The position numbers and the translations under genes are program-made. Positions 51,995 to 61,695 of a DNA stretch of 64,000 nt are shown here, piece by piece. The notes below the pieces were generated by a model. The model searched no databases and was not told the origin of the DNA. It saw only the letters and a program-made list of their open reading frames with translations. Position 1 is the first letter of the stretch; every line of letters begins with the position of its first letter. The DNA comes from Tetramitus jugosus (Eukaryota > Protista > Heterolobosea): the NCBI GenBank assembly GCA_937625935.1, contig OW569371.1, forward strand, positions 372,001 through 436,000, given 5' to 3'.

Positions 51995-54900
51995 TTAGTT
52001 GGACTCTGTTCGATCCTTTGACATTTTTGTGGTAAATCTTCGAATGGCCGATATCAACCCATCGAGGGTGATTGGTTTGGTCAGGACATCGTTCATTCCG
52101 ATATTGAGACAATTCTCTCTCTCGTTTGTCCAAGCGTTTGCAGTGAGAGCTACGATTGGTGTTCTTCTCTTATCTTCGTCTGCCAGAGATCGGATTGCAG
52201 TTGTGGCTTGCTTTCCGTCCATGATTGGCATTTGAAGATCCATGAATATGCAATCATAAACACCCTTCTTCTTTTTGACGCACTGAATTGCCATCTCTCC
52301 ATTGACTGCTTCATCAATCTCAACATGTCCTAACTTTTGAAGCAATCTCGTAACAATCTTCCTGTTAAGTGCACTATCTTCGACAATGAGGATCTGAAGC
52401 GGTTCCATGTCCTTATGATTTTCTTTGATAGTGCCTTCGCGTAATGCACTGCCATTCTCTATGTGGAGTAGGAGATGTGGATTCAACTTGATGTCCCACA
52501 TGAGATTGGACATGCTGTTTTTTCGTTCACTTAGAGCTGCCATGAGTCTGGAGAACTTCATTGGTTTTCTCATGCTGGCATTCATCTTGGATTTTGGAAG
52601 GTCCGATGTATTGGAGTCGGGTTCATGACTGGCAGTGAATAGTGTAATGAGTTTAAGAGAATTGTTGTCTTCGGAGGCTATTCTGTAAATGACATTCTCG
52701 GGCAACAGACTTTCAAAACTACTTTCAATCATGATGCACAATCGAAGCATGGATTCCTCAACAGGAGATGGTTCCTCTTCATGGCGGTTCAAGTGTCGAT
52801 CAATGGATTCCTTTAGTTGTTGCTCACTGTAAACAACCTCGCAATTGGGCACATGTAAAACTTTCAAATACTCTAGAACTGTGTTTGTGAGAATCTCACT
52901 CGTTAGCATCACAATCACATTTCCAAATTTGCTGTAGTGGACATTCTCTGCGATGCTATGACATATGGTTGACTTTTTTGTATGTTCAGCGGTCAGTGTT
53001 TTCTCTTCTATGGGTCCAGCAATCAGAGTTGGTGGATTTAACGATTTAGGGAACTCTACTGTGAAACTGAAAACTGATCCCCCATATTTGTTTGCTGGGC
53101 TCTTCGCTGAAATACTACCTTTCATCAGCCTGACTAATCGCTCCGTGATGGCAAGTCCCAGACCCCATCCTTTGGTGGTTGCGTTGCTTGAAGAGTTGAG
53201 TTGAGAGAACGGTTTGAAGATTTGAGTGAGTTCTTCTTCTGGAATACCGATACCTGTGTCTTCACAACCCAGCATTATGGTTGCATGAGAATCAGTTTCC
53301 GACACTAATTTGGCATAGAGATAGACATAACCATGATGGGTAAACTTGATACTATTTGTGCATAGATTTGATAAAATTTGTCCTAATCTTGTCTTATCTC
53401 CAATCAACTCGACAGGTATATTGGGATCGATATATGTAATGACTTCAAGATTCTTCTCCAATGCATTCGTGTAGTACATATCAGCTGTGGTTTCAACCGT
53501 ATCCAAGATACTGAATGGTTCAAGTGATAAAGTTAATTTTCCTGCTTCAATCTTTGACATATCGAGAACATCCTGTATAATAGCAAGCAACAACTTTGCC
53601 GATTCATTTGCATCTTCAATGTACTCGGATTGGAGAGAAGATAGATTGGACGTTGAGCTCAAGAGTTGAAGAGCTCCCAGGACAGAGTTGAGAGGATTTC
53701 TAAGCTCATGAGACAACACTCTCAAAAAATCACTCTTTGATTTGTTGGCTACTCTTGCCTTTTCTGCAACCATTATACTTTCCTGTACTCGTCTCTTCTC
53801 GGTCACATCGGCACATATCAGTGTAACAGCAATGACTTCTCCATCTTTCAAAATAGGATTAAATTGAGCTGTGAAAAATAGATTCGTTTTCTTATCCTTA
53901 TCACTCCGATCAGGGGTTGACCATTCCCAATGTTGAGGTTTCTTGTCTTTTAACATCAAGCTGAATTGTCTCTCGGCTTCCTCCTTTAATTTTTGGCTCG
54001 TTTCAAAGAATTGAGTTACATTCCTTCCGGCAAATAAGCAAGGACTCTGGTCAAGGAACCTCAACTGTCGAGAATTGGTGAAAAGGATGACTCCCTTTTC
54101 GTCCGTCTTGACGATTAAATCCTGAATATTGTTGACTAGAGATCGGTAGTGCTCTTCACTTGTTCTAAGAGCATTCTCTGCCTTTACCAATCCCGTCACA
54201 TCGTTCGCAATACCAACCGCTCCGATGACTTCACCCTTTTCACTCTTCCATGGACTAATAGTGCAGTGCAGGGTTGATGATGATGTTTCCATCGGATAGG
54301 ACACTGTTTCCCCCTTGAGAGCAAGCTTATGATTTTGAATGGCGGTTGGTAGCAACGAAGAATCTACCACCAAGCTGGGATCTACACTTACAAATACTTC
54401 CTCGATTGTTTTTCCAATGAGAGTATCAGGATTGGAGATTCCGAACAGAGTGAGACCACGACCACGGGCAAAGCTAAAGCGCAGGTTTTTGTCAACACTC
54501 CACAGTATACTAGGTATATTGTTCATCAACATCTCCAACAACATTTGTTGCCTTTTGGTTTCTCTCTGTGCTCTGTACGAGTCCATCTTGACCAGAAAAC
54601 TGTGATAAATCTTCCAAAGAAAGAAGCCATAGATTGGTGTAAGTTCAATCAAACCCAGGGCAGCCTGTGTAGTGTTGATATTGTGGAACATGCCAAAGTA
54701 TTGCGAGATATCCGTTACCGAAGTTCCTACCCAATGTTCAACAACATGAGCAATGGATCCATTGTCGTTGTTTAACAACAATTGAACGAATTTCAACACC
54801 ATGTTCCGAAAACCGAGAACCAAGAAGAGAATATATCCCAGAAGACCCATGAAAATGTACATGATGTGCCAATAGTTACGACTACTTGACACGAGTGCTA

Positions 54901-56113
54901 AGAATGGAGTGATCACCAAGTAGGAAAATGGAATCTTGCCTTCACACAAAATGAACCGAAGGGTAAAGTTGGAGAGACTTGCCAGGATGAACATGGTGTC
55001 TGAATAGAGAAATAGCCAATTCATACACTTTGTTACAAAATCATTGCTCTTGATTAGTTCAGAGTTGAGCAACAGCCAATCATTCAAATCCTTCTTGGAT
55101 GACAATAAACGACTCTTCCTTGTCGAGCCATTTTTTGCTTCAGTTGATTGAAGCTTCCCATGATCTTCCTCGTCCGAAGAAAGCGATTCCATCGCTACAT
55201 GAAGAGGTCCTTTCTTGTTGGATTGTTGTTCAGACAAGAGCATCATCAGAGATGAAGAATAGTCACTCTCTGGTGTGGAAGAGGATGGACTTGGTCCATA
55301 AGGCGATCGAAACGAGAATTGTTCGTCTAAAGCTGAAGGTGCTACAGTTGGAGTCGTAACTCCACGGCTTGATTCTTCACTTGATACCGTTGGTTGGTTG
55401 GGCGATTTGGAGACTTCTTCTTGTCGCCTTGTTTCATGGTTTGTTTGTCCTCTTTGTTTGTCCTTTGAGCTTGGCTTATTCTCTTGTTTTGAGATTGATC
55501 GTGGTGTTGAGTTAATCATGCGATCTAAAACGAACTTTGATGACACATACTTGAGCAGTGTCGCGATGGTCATGATGGCCAAGTGGATGAGAAACCGATA
55601 ATCCTTGAGATAAATAATTGGAGAGGGTTCTTCTAACCGAGAGCTATTCGGTAGAAATCGTGATGGCTGTGCATAAGGCGATGGATTCACACTTGTCCCT
55701 TCGGGTTGCGGAGAAGGAATTGGTAGCATTGGGTTTTTTGTCGTTACTAAATGAAGCATGAACAACCAGAATTCAGTGTACAGTACACAGATGATGTAAC
55801 TAATGAGCACTGATAAATTCTGGTTCAGTGTCAAAATTCTAGTGTGGTTATACACGGAGCGCAAACTCAAGTTCCAATTCGAGGGCGAGCTCTTGGATTG
55901 TGTTCGGCTGTCATCTTGACGAGAAGGCATTGGAGATGTGCGATCAGTTGAATTGTTTTTATCTTGTGTCGAGATGCGATCGTGACCCTCACAGGGAGAC
56001 ATGGGAGAATTCCATGGAGATGATTGAATAATCTCTGTTCTATCAGGTTGTTTGGTCGCATCTGACGTAAATTTAATACTCTGATGAGAATTTGTGATTG
56101 TGGAAGTGGACAT
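51995..56113 (-). CDS. Membrane-bound hybrid sensor histidine kinase (TM-PAS-PAS-HisKA-HATPase-REC)
   Basis: H-box SHELRNPLN, N-box NLCTNSIKFT, DTGIGI, GWGLGLAI; receiver VEDS...FMDLQMPIMDG...LTAN...TKP. Confidence 0.95.
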   Translation of the reverse strand: MSTSTITNSHQSIKFTSDATKQPDRTEIIQSSPWNSPMSPCEGHDRISTQDKNNSTDRTSPMPSRQDDSRTQSKSSPSNWNLSLRSVYNHTRILTLNQNLSVLISYIICVLYTEFWLFMLHLVTTKNPMLPIPSPQPEGTSVNPSPYAQPSRFLPNSSRLEEPSPIIYLKDYRFLIHLAIMTIATLLKYVSSKFVLDRMINSTPRSISKQENKPSSKDKQRGQTNHETRRQEEVSKSPNQPTVSSEESSRGVTTPTVAPSALDEQFSFRSPYGPSPSSSTPESDYSSSLMMLLSEQQSNKKGPLHVAMESLSSDEEDHGKLQSTEAKNGSTRKSRLLSSKKDLNDWLLLNSELIKSNDFVTKCMNWLFLYSDTMFILASLSNFTLRFILCEGKIPFSYLVITPFLALVSSSRNYWHIMYIFMGLLGYILFLVLGFRNMVLKFVQLLLNNDNGSIAHVVEHWVGTSVTDISQYFGMFHNINTTQAALGLIELTPIYGFFLWKIYHSFLVKMDSYRAQRETKRQQMLLEMLMNNIPSILWSVDKNLRFSFARGRGLTLFGISNPDTLIGKTIEEVFVSVDPSLVVDSSLLPTAIQNHKLALKGETVSYPMETSSSTLHCTISPWKSEKGEVIGAVGIANDVTGLVKAENALRTSEEHYRSLVNNIQDLIVKTDEKGVILFTNSRQLRFLDQSPCLFAGRNVTQFFETSQKLKEEAERQFSLMLKDKKPQHWEWSTPDRSDKDKKTNLFFTAQFNPILKDGEVIAVTLICADVTEKRRVQESIMVAEKARVANKSKSDFLRVLSHELRNPLNSVLGALQLLSSTSNLSSLQSEYIEDANESAKLLLAIIQDVLDMSKIEAGKLTLSLEPFSILDTVETTADMYYTNALEKNLEVITYIDPNIPVELIGDKTRLGQILSNLCTNSIKFTHHGYVYLYAKLVSETDSHATIMLGCEDTGIGIPEEELTQIFKPFSQLNSSSNATTKGWGLGLAITERLVRLMKGSISAKSPANKYGGSVFSFTVEFPKSLNPPTLIAGPIEEKTLTAEHTKKSTICHSIAENVHYSKFGNVIVMLTSEILTNTVLEYLKVLHVPNCEVVYSEQQLKESIDRHLNRHEEEPSPVEESMLRLCIMIESSFESLLPENVIYRIASEDNNSLKLITLFTASHEPDSNTSDLPKSKMNASMRKPMKFSRLMAALSERKNSMSNLMWDIKLNPHLLLHIENGSALREGTIKENHKDMEPLQILIVEDSALNRKIVTRLLQKLGHVEIDEAVNGEMAIQCVKKKKGVYDCIFMDLQMPIMDGKQATTAIRSLADEDKRRTPIVALTANAWTNERENCLNIGMNDVLTKPITLDGLISAIRRFTTKMSKDRTESN

Positions 56114-56492
56114 GATAAGAACGTGAAGTTGGTTGTCCGAAAACCAGTGAAATGCGAATACAATTTGGAGCTAATGTTGTGTTACTAAAGAATGGGAATT
56201 CCCTTTGTTTGATTGTGGGTTATACAATGGTGAGCGTCTCTCTGATGAGCTCGTAAGAATAATGGGGTTTTTAGTTGATCTTTGATTTCTTTGTTTTATG
56301 GAAGAGTTCGGTTGAATTGGCCTCCTTTGGGACGGCATACAATGGACAATCTTCTTTTTTGGTTGAGTAGCCGAATACAATACGGAAATTCGGCGCGTTC
56401 TAAAAATATACAGTTCCTCCATATGTCCCGCCAATCTTCCAATTTGATTTTTTCTGTTCGATCGTGCGATTTTTCCAGAGGAAGGACAACAC

Positions 56493-58052
56493 ATGCGCAC
56501 TCTCGGTTATACCCTTATTGCTTCTCTGCTGCTCACGCTTGTTTTGCTGAGCTATTGTCTCTGCGTGGATGCAAGAGTCAACAATGCTGGGCTACAAGTC
56601 ATCCCTCAATTTCAAGTCAACCTGAACAAGCAAACTCCTTTTGAGCACTACTGGGAGAGATGTGTCGGATCAGGTCATGCTGCTCTTGGAAATCGTCAGG
56701 ACTGGAGAGAACATTTGAAGAGAGCCAACAAGGAACTAGGTTTCAAGATGGTTCGTTTCCATGCCTTGCTCGATCAGGACATGTCTGTCGTGTTGCAAGA
56801 CAGATACGGCAAACAGTTTTATTCGTTTTATAATGTGGATTACTTGTTTGATTTCTTGTTGAGTCTGGGTATGAAACCGATTGTTGAGTTGAGTTTTATG
56901 CCAGATTTGTTGGCTTCTGGTCCACAGACCTTGTTTCATTACAAGGCAAATGCAACGCCACCAAAGTCCCAACAAGCATGGTATGACTTGATTTCTCGTC
57001 TCGTGCAACACATGGTCGGAAGATACGGTATTGATGAAGTGGCTTCTTGGTACTTTGAAGTATGGAACGAACCAAACAATGGTGGTTTCTGGTATGGTAC
57101 ACAGAAGCAGTACTTTGAATTGTACAACACCACTGCGAGTGCTGTCAAGTCAGTGAGTCCAAAGTTGAGAGTTGGTGGTCCTGCAACGATGCAATCGATG
57201 TGGGTCGATGATTTTATCAACTATTGCAAGTACAATCATGTTCCATTTGATTTCGTGTCCACTCACGAGTATCCAACAGACTTCCAGCCATATACGAGAG
57301 ACAATTTGAGAATTGCAATGACAAAGACCAGAGCCCTAGTGAACAGCATGGTATCAAAGGGATTCCCACTCTTGTACACCGAGTATAACTCTGGATTGGA
57401 TGATATTGGTGGTGGTACACAATTTTATCAGGATTCTTCTTATGCAGCTGCATTTGTTGTGAAGAGTGTTGCAGATATGGACGGAGTTGTTGATGTTTTG
57501 AGTTATTGGACATTCTCTGATATTTTTGAAGAACAGGGTATGAGATCTCAACCATTCAGTGGTCAATTCGGTATGATGACTGTGAATGGTATTGCAAAGC
57601 CAGTGTGGAGAGCATTTGAGTTGTTACACAAGTCTGGAGATCGTAGAACACAAGTTCTCTATTCCACAAACTCCTCCACTGTTGATGTCTTGTCAGTAGT
57701 GCACACGCAAAACAAGGAGCTCATGTTGTTTGTGACCAATTATGACGTACTAGCCAACAGACCTCAGGCATACGATATTTTGATTACAGTCAACCTTGAT
57801 GGAACTTACAAACTTGTCCCTAATAGCGCACTTGTAGCAAGAGTTGATGAAAATTCATCCAACTCTTTCACACGTTGGCAACAGATGGGTGAACCAGAGT
57901 ATCCTACGGATGAGGAGATGCAGATGATGCATGAAGCTTCCAAGTTGAAACCTGAAGCCATTCAATTCACAATGAATGGTCAAAACCAAGCAATTTTCAA
58001 GCTCCATGTCTCAGAATATTCACTCTCTGTGATTACTGTTGCTTTACAATAA
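56493..58052 (+). CDS. Secreted glycoside hydrolase family 39 (beta-xylosidase-like)
   Basis: Signal peptide; CVGSGHA, VRFHALL, PIVELSFMP, FEVWNEPN (acid/base), YTEYN (nucleophile), SYWTFSDIFEE. Confidence 0.93.
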   Translation: MRTLGYTLIASLLLTLVLLSYCLCVDARVNNAGLQVIPQFQVNLNKQTPFEHYWERCVGSGHAALGNRQDWREHLKRANKELGFKMVRFHALLDQDMSVVLQDRYGKQFYSFYNVDYLFDFLLSLGMKPIVELSFMPDLLASGPQTLFHYKANATPPKSQQAWYDLISRLVQHMVGRYGIDEVASWYFEVWNEPNNGGFWYGTQKQYFELYNTTASAVKSVSPKLRVGGPATMQSMWVDDFINYCKYNHVPFDFVSTHEYPTDFQPYTRDNLRIAMTKTRALVNSMVSKGFPLLYTEYNSGLDDIGGGTQFYQDSSYAAAFVVKSVADMDGVVDVLSYWTFSDIFEEQGMRSQPFSGQFGMMTVNGIAKPVWRAFELLHKSGDRRTQVLYSTNSSTVDVLSVVHTQNKELMLFVTNYDVLANRPQAYDILITVNLDGTYKLVPNSALVARVDENSSNSFTRWQQMGEPEYPTDEEMQMMHEASKLKPEAIQFTMNGQNQAIFKLHVSEYSLSVITVALQ

Positions 58053-58217
58053 AGTTGTAATCTTGATCTCACCAGAAAAAATCGGGATAAGTGTTGGGGT
58101 TCGAAATCATCTTTCCCAAAAAAATGTATCGGATGTCACCTTCAAAATCTGATACAACAACTGAAAACTTCCAAGGTATTCAACACAAAAACAATCAAAA
58201 CACCAAAACACCAAAAC

Positions 58218-59768
58218 ATGAAACTCACAATTGCATTGCTGAGTGTTCTACTGCTGTCTCTTTGCTTTTTGAATGCAATTCATTCTCAATCTCTCGATTG
58301 GATCAATCAAATTCCAAAGGGTGGTGCCATGTTCGTAAGACCAACTTTCATTCGCTCTGATGCAGCGAATAATGTTTATGTTGCCAAGCTAGAAACGACA
58401 ACTTCTCCAGGTGGAACTTCTGCCTCTGCTCAGATCCTAAAGTTCAACTCTGCTGGTGCTCTACAATGGAACATTACTCTACCTGGTGCAAGCAATCCAC
58501 TTGGGTGGTTCGATACCGCTAGTGACGGTTCTGTTTTTGTCACAGGTAGTGGTTTGCCTTTTTCCGCAGGTGTGTTTGCTGGATTTGTTCAGAAGTATAA
58601 TACCAATGGTGTGTTCCAATGGCAAAAATTGTACCCAAATGCGAATGTTGGAAGAGCCATTCCTTTGTCGGGAGGTAGAGTGAGAGTTGAGGTCGCTGAA
58701 ACATCACTGGTTCCTAATCCTGCCCGTTTTGCTGAAACATTTGATGCCAATGGAGTTTCCTTGTCCGTTGAGCCATTGTTGAACGTCATTGTATCTACAT
58801 CTCCCTTCGATCCTGTTGCAGCCAGCAAATCGAACTCTGTTGGTGACTACTGCGGTGTCTTGCCCTCTCCTTTTCAATTTGTTCGCTTCAATTCAACCGG
58901 AGGTATCGTTTGGAGTCAACCTGTCATTGGTGTATTCTTCCCTTTCCTCGTATCTCAAATATTGATTGACGAGAGTGGAAATTGTGTTTTCACTGGTTTG
59001 GGTAACAATGTGACTGTTGGTCCTGTGAGTGTTCCCCCAGTAGAGTTGCGATCCGATTTTCTGACGTTCATCAATTCTGCTGGTGTGCCCCAGTTCATCA
59101 GAATTTATGATTTCCAGAGCCTTGATGGTTTGGACTGTGGTGCATTGCCAACTTCATTCCTTCGATGCTGGATGTCTGGAAGAGATTTAGATGGAAGACC
59201 AGCACTCGCTCGATTAGATCCAAACTTTAACATTGTGGATCTTTTTGTCGGAGAGGGCATTAATACTACTCTGACCTTTAAGATTGCCTTTACTCCTTCA
59301 AGAAAACTTGCAGGTGCTTTCAGTACAGGTATCGCCTCTGGTTCATGGTTCGGAGCTCCTATTGTCGTCCCTCCAGATCCAAGCAACTTCTTTACTGGAG
59401 CACTATTTGTTTTCCAATTGAACCTGGCCACGACAAACTGCGACAGAACGTTATCATGTGCTGCTGGAAACAACTGTTGCCTGTTGAGTAATGGCGACAC
59501 TGCTTGCTACAACCCATCTGTGTACAGCTGTTTCACACAATTGGGCAAACTATGTCCATTCAATACCTTACCTTGCGGTAACGCTTGCTACTCCCTATCA
59601 GCGTTCTCCTGTTCGAATGGATCGTTGTGCCCTGTGGGAACCTTGCAATGTGGCCCTGCCTGTTACAATCCGTTTGTTCACTCTTGCTTTGCGAATAATG
59701 TTCTCTGTCCAGTGGGAACCGTTCCATGCGGAAATGCTTGTGTACCAAGTGGCTCCACATGCCCTTAA
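58218..59768 (+). CDS. Secreted beta-propeller-like protein with C-terminal Cys-rich CBM52-like repeats
   Basis: Signal peptide; repeats K(F/Y)NxxGxxQW; tandem CGxACYxPxxxSCxxxxLCP units. Confidence 0.7.
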   Translation: MKLTIALLSVLLLSLCFLNAIHSQSLDWINQIPKGGAMFVRPTFIRSDAANNVYVAKLETTTSPGGTSASAQILKFNSAGALQWNITLPGASNPLGWFDTASDGSVFVTGSGLPFSAGVFAGFVQKYNTNGVFQWQKLYPNANVGRAIPLSGGRVRVEVAETSLVPNPARFAETFDANGVSLSVEPLLNVIVSTSPFDPVAASKSNSVGDYCGVLPSPFQFVRFNSTGGIVWSQPVIGVFFPFLVSQILIDESGNCVFTGLGNNVTVGPVSVPPVELRSDFLTFINSAGVPQFIRIYDFQSLDGLDCGALPTSFLRCWMSGRDLDGRPALARLDPNFNIVDLFVGEGINTTLTFKIAFTPSRKLAGAFSTGIASGSWFGAPIVVPPDPSNFFTGALFVFQLNLATTNCDRTLSCAAGNNCCLLSNGDTACYNPSVYSCFTQLGKLCPFNTLPCGNACYSLSAFSCSNGSLCPVGTLQCGPACYNPFVHSCFANNVLCPVGTVPCGNACVPSGSTCP

Positions 59769-59882
59769 ACTGAATCCCGTAAACCGGAGTTACTCTATCT
59801 CTTTCCCCGAGATATCGGAGATATTCAAATGATGAAAAAAGGAAAAGAGAACTCGTGTGTAATAAAAAGGAAGAACGAAGAG

Positions 59883-61424
59883 ATGAGATCCTCCACTCAC
59901 TTTTTTGCGCTGTTTGTTTTTTTGTGCTTGATTCACTTTGCTTATTCACTGATTCAAGTGAATCCGAGCACACAAATGTTTGTGGACGAACATAATCGTA
60001 CACGAATCTTCCATGGTGTCAATGCAGTTGAAAAAGTTTTTCCCTTCTATCCTGTTCTCGATCGATTTGACTCCAACCGTTCCCTGTGTCAACAAGACTT
60101 TACAAATCTCAAAACTTGGGGTTTCAATGTTGTGCGTCTCTATCTGGCATGGCCTGGGTTCGAACCACAGAGAGGGCAATACAATTTCACTTACTTGGAT
60201 CAGTTGAACAAGATTGTGGATATGGCAGCTCAGAATGACATGTATATCATCTTGGATATGCATCAAGATGTATTTAGCAGAAAGTTTTGTGGTGAAGGAT
60301 TCCCTGATTGGGCCACTCTGGGTGATGACATTGAAAGCTTTCCTTTCCCTGTGCCCATCTCTGTTCAAAAAGATAAGGATGGTATTCCAATTGTGGAATC
60401 GTGCTTGAAGCATTCATTCTTCATGTACTATTTCTCAAAGGGTGCATCTTCTTCGTTTCAAAAGTTTTATGAGAACCAAGATGGTATTCTGGACGCGTTC
60501 GCTTCCATGTGGCAACAAGTAGCCAAGTATTTTGCAAAGAGCAAGAATGTGTTGGCTTATGAGATTTTGAATGAACCCTGGCCAGGTGATTATTTGAAGC
60601 ATCCTGAACTTCTATTGCCTCTCGGAACATCTGACAAAAAGTACTTGATGCCACTGTATTCAAAGGTGAATGACTATATTAGAAAGGTGGACGATGATCA
60701 TATTATCATGTTTGAACCGATCGTGAGTGACTTTAGTATTGTTGGTTTGGAGCATGGACCCTCTGGATCTAAAGATTACCTGAACAGAGAAGCCTTTTCC
60801 TATCACATTTATTGTGTCGATGCTGATTCTCATGGAGATCCAAAGAGTAGAGCAATTTGCAAGCTCTTTGATGATGGAATGTTCCGATGGAGACACTCGA
60901 CAATTCAAAAGTTGGGATCCGGTGCTTTTCTGACTGAATTTGGAGCTGTTTCAAATGCTACAGCAGGCTCTCACGAACTTCGTTGGATGACAGAACAGGC
61001 AGACAAGGAACTGAGAAGCTGGGCGTACTGGCAATTTAAGTTCTATGATGATGTAACCACTCAATCTAGTCCACCAACAATCGAGAGTTTTTATGGCGTT
61101 GATGGTTCACTTCAATTCGACAAGGTGAAAACCCTGTCCAGAACATATGCTCATGCTGTGTGTGGTATTCCAACTTCGATGAATTTCGATGCTTCAACAT
61201 CCCTGTTCTCACTCGTGTATTCCTCTGTCAATTGCCAAAACCAACCAACAATTGTCTATCTGAATGAACAATGGTACTATCCCAGAGGTTTCTCAGTCTC
61301 AGTCCACACAAAATCTGGAGCTTCAGTGAGATTCGACAAAGTGGAACAAAACTATCTTCACTTCACCCACTCACCTCAAGTCAGAGAAGGTGATTGGATC
61401 GAAATTGTAATCACCGCTCAATAA
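59883..61424 (+). CDS. Secreted glycoside hydrolase family 5, endoglycoceramidase-like
   Basis: Signal peptide; RIFHGVN, GFNVVRL, LDMHQD, GEGFPDW, YEILNEP, FLTEFG, WAYWQFK, LSRTYA. Confidence 0.92.
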   Translation: MRSSTHFFALFVFLCLIHFAYSLIQVNPSTQMFVDEHNRTRIFHGVNAVEKVFPFYPVLDRFDSNRSLCQQDFTNLKTWGFNVVRLYLAWPGFEPQRGQYNFTYLDQLNKIVDMAAQNDMYIILDMHQDVFSRKFCGEGFPDWATLGDDIESFPFPVPISVQKDKDGIPIVESCLKHSFFMYYFSKGASSSFQKFYENQDGILDAFASMWQQVAKYFAKSKNVLAYEILNEPWPGDYLKHPELLLPLGTSDKKYLMPLYSKVNDYIRKVDDDHIIMFEPIVSDFSIVGLEHGPSGSKDYLNREAFSYHIYCVDADSHGDPKSRAICKLFDDGMFRWRHSTIQKLGSGAFLTEFGAVSNATAGSHELRWMTEQADKELRSWAYWQFKFYDDVTTQSSPPTIESFYGVDGSLQFDKVKTLSRTYAHAVCGIPTSMNFDASTSLFSLVYSSVNCQNQPTIVYLNEQWYYPRGFSVSVHTKSGASVRFDKVEQNYLHFTHSPQVREGDWIEIVITAQ

Positions 61425-61695
61425 ACATTCTAGGACGGGGTTGTTTAATTCCACCAGCCATCCAGATGCTGACTACTCCTATTTGGGACACGGATAATCC
61501 GGCTCCCAACGAGCTGACATGAATTTTGACAGGGGACTCTGATGCACGAACTAGAAAAAGGGGAAGCTGGGTGGCCCGTTTTTTTTCGACGATGCCGAAG
61601 AGAGATTCTGGGTCCAGTCACACAACGACACAACAAGTTTTCATTTGTAGATAGATTACCAATTTTATTGGTCATCAAAGATAGGAGAGAAGGAT

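Noticed and set aside
61436-61510. TPP riboswitch or hammerhead ribozyme
   Set aside because: Lacks the CTGAGA and ACCTGAT cores of TPP and the CTGATGA...GAAA core of hammerheads
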